A DNA stretch of 64,000 nt from Oopsacas minuta (Eukaryota > Animalia > Porifera), in assembly GCA_024704765.1 (NCBI GenBank), contig JAKMXF010000005.1:62001-126000 (forward strand). Reading direction: 5' to 3'. The position numbers and the translations under genes were made by a program. The notes under the pieces are model-generated. The model was given only the letters and a program-made list of their open reading frames with translations, searched no databases and was not told the DNA's origin. This document shows, piece after piece, positions 61,890 through 64,000 of this stretch. Within the stretch, counting starts at the first letter, position 1. Each line of letters opens with the position of its first letter.

Positions 61890-64000
61890 GAAGATTGGTT
61901 TTTTAACTAATCTTCATCTGAATCAACGTCATAATAATCTAAATCCAAGCAGGCAAAATGATACCAACCTTGACACTTGTCACATTCGATCTATTTGATC
62001 TTGCCTTTTGGTATAGGTGCACCTAGGCCAATACCAATTGTCCCGTCCTTGTATGTGTGTCCACATAATTCACACATGCAATCATCCGTATTCTCACCAG
62101 ATTCGATCTCACTCTCACTAGTATTTTGTGCTCTACTAGATATTGGAAGGGGAACTACTTCTTCACTGTCACTGACACTGTCTGTATCCTTTCTTCCTGA
62201 AGTATACTTTCCTGAGTGATACCCTTCACCATGTTTGCGAATTTGAACTCTAACTTTCTTGCCGCGTCTTTGCTTCCTTGCGAATTTTCGTTGCTGGTTT
62301 CGGAGGATATAGTGACTGTGTTTTATCCTCTTGTTGTCTAATTCCTGAAGTCTGTCGGATAAATGTGGTCCGGAGACGATTTCAAGGGTCTTAAACACCT
62401 TTTGGATACCATGATATCCATCATTGAATATAATAACTGCTAAGGCTGATCCAATCCTCAATACGTCTAAGCCGACCGAATCTGTCTTCTTCACCATGCT
62501 GAAGAGGATGCTATGGATAGCCTCGTTGTTGTTTGACGTTCGGCCGCCGCTGATCTTGTGAATGAATGATGGCGTATCTAATTTGAAGGATCTGGATGTT
62601 ACGTCAATAATGTTCACAGCGTCATGAGATAAATAATTGGGATGATGTGGTGGGGGCTTCTTGTCAACGATGGCGGCTTGGTATTGACACCAACTGTTCT
62701 GTATGCTGAGGTAGTATTGATGGTTGTTTACTGCGTTCTTGTTATTTGCCTCAAGGTGGAGTGGTATAGCCTTGATGGCTCGAATGATTGCTTGAACATC
62801 TCCTTTGTTCCTCTGAACTGCAAGGCGATAGTAGCTTGCAATCTGTCCACACATCGCGTTGGAGAGATGTTTGATTTCGAGCGACTCACTAGTTGAATGC
62901 GTCTAATTTTCCCTAGGAGTAGATTGTCTCTTCAGGGTACCACGGTATCCACCCTCTAACTGTTTGCTGGCCTCTTTTTTGGAAAGTCCCTTGTCTTTCA
63001 TGAGGTCTTTCACATAAACAGACTTAGAAACTCTTGCCTCCTGTCTCTTAGAAAGAATCGCCTTTAACATCTTACAAACATGACTAAGACACTCCAGCCT
63101 GTCAATCTGAAACTCAAGCCCGTTTTTGACATAGATGTCGGCTTCCTGGAGTGCTAAGTCGGCCTTGTTGTCGCCATCTGATACGATTCCGGGAAAGACA
63201 ATGCCGCGTTCAAAAGCCTGTCTGACAACTTTCGGCGCCAATTGGGATTCTAGATGAATAGACGCGTATTCAGAAAATTCTCCTGTACAAACTTTCTCAT
63301 GTGACTGGTACCAGAGATGATGTTCCTTTGTAGTGATGGCATTATCCCTCAACTTGTTTGCATAAATAGAGCATTGCTTGCAACTATTACATGCCACATC
63401 GTACGCAACAACTTTACCGGTGCCCACTGCAATGCTGAAGCGTAGCAATAAGGACTAAATCCTCCACCAGATTTCTTATTTCTGATCTGGTATGCACCGT
63501 CATAAGAGGCCACAATATGCACACAGTTTGATACATGATTGAGTCCATGAAGAATCTCGAGTTCGTTCTTTGCAGCCTCCATGCTTGTATTCGCTAGAAA
63601 CTCGCACACAGTTAGTATATCCTTCTGGGCACGGAAGAATGTGGGAGCAGAAGGTGGAAGTATGATGTCTAGTGTAGCGTGGTATAATTGCAGCTTAGAA
63701 TGTCCACATCCAATGAGTCTACCCCCAAGGATACTAGAGTAGACATAATCATTGCGCTTGACAATCTTCAAGTGCCCACTTGAATCTTAGATCTGAAATG
63801 TCCAGAGATATTGAGGAAACTCGTATACTGATAACACTTGGCACAACGCAACATGAGCTGCATTGGACAGGAAGACTTTGAGGATGTTTGAAAAAGTTCG
63901 AGTGAACCAAGTTGGCAGTGCCGACACACAGCCAGCCTTTCAAAACTGTCATAAATCGCGCCACGTCCAGTACTAAATCGCCTCTTACTAGAAAGACGTC
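61890..64000 (-). mobile_element. Mutator-like transposase (animal type with DGxW/Y...GDGD...ECxxH core) plus C-terminal PHD finger; runs off the window end
   Basis: SYDGAYQ, GTGKVVAYDV..NSCKQC, VSDGDNK, LECLSHVCK, YYRLAVQRN, SWCQYQ, RTSNNNEAIHS, then CELCG...(W)IECDKCQGWYHFAC. Frameshifts and stops present. Confidence 0.8.

Noticed and set aside
57-63964. The many 60-130 aa ORFs in the track as independent genes
   Set aside because: They are antisense or alternative frames of transposase remnants, or chance ORFs in AT-rich DNA. Several begin at non-ATG codons.
1-64000. rRNA, tRNA or prokaryotic operon/defence-system features
   Set aside because: None was recognised. The ISXO2-like genes are eukaryotic Merlin elements, and the spliceosomal introns and RSBN1 show a eukaryotic source.

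Overview
AT-rich eukaryotic (animal-like) genomic DNA made up mostly of nested, decaying DNA transposons. The host is not identifiable from sequence alone; compact intronless genes would fit an early-branching animal such as a sponge, but that is inference. Only two host genes are recognisable, both single-ORF: an RSBN1/KDM9-type demethylase (8184-9656, +) and a SHARPIN/RBCK1-like PH-fold + LTM + UBL protein (51249-52238, -). Transposon families seen: mariner, DD41D (rosa), hAT (ZMYM1-type and Buster), MULE, Mutator-like with a PHD finger, Merlin/ISXO2 (x2), Chapaev/Chapaev3 (x4), Transib with RSS-heptamer ends, Helitron fragments and several MITEs. The standout is a Ginger-type (Gypsy-integrase-related, TGT...ACA TIR, 4-bp TSD) DNA transposon. 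Its gene has six phase-consistent GT-AG introns and fuses the integrase in frame to a USP/C19-like cysteine protease domain with Cys/His/Asp intact. It is present twice as part of an apparently identical 5.9-kb inverted duplication (29515-35401 / 38095-43981), and the right copy is a chimera with a diverged Ginger end. Coordinates were read by eye; the ends of degenerate fragments are approximate.
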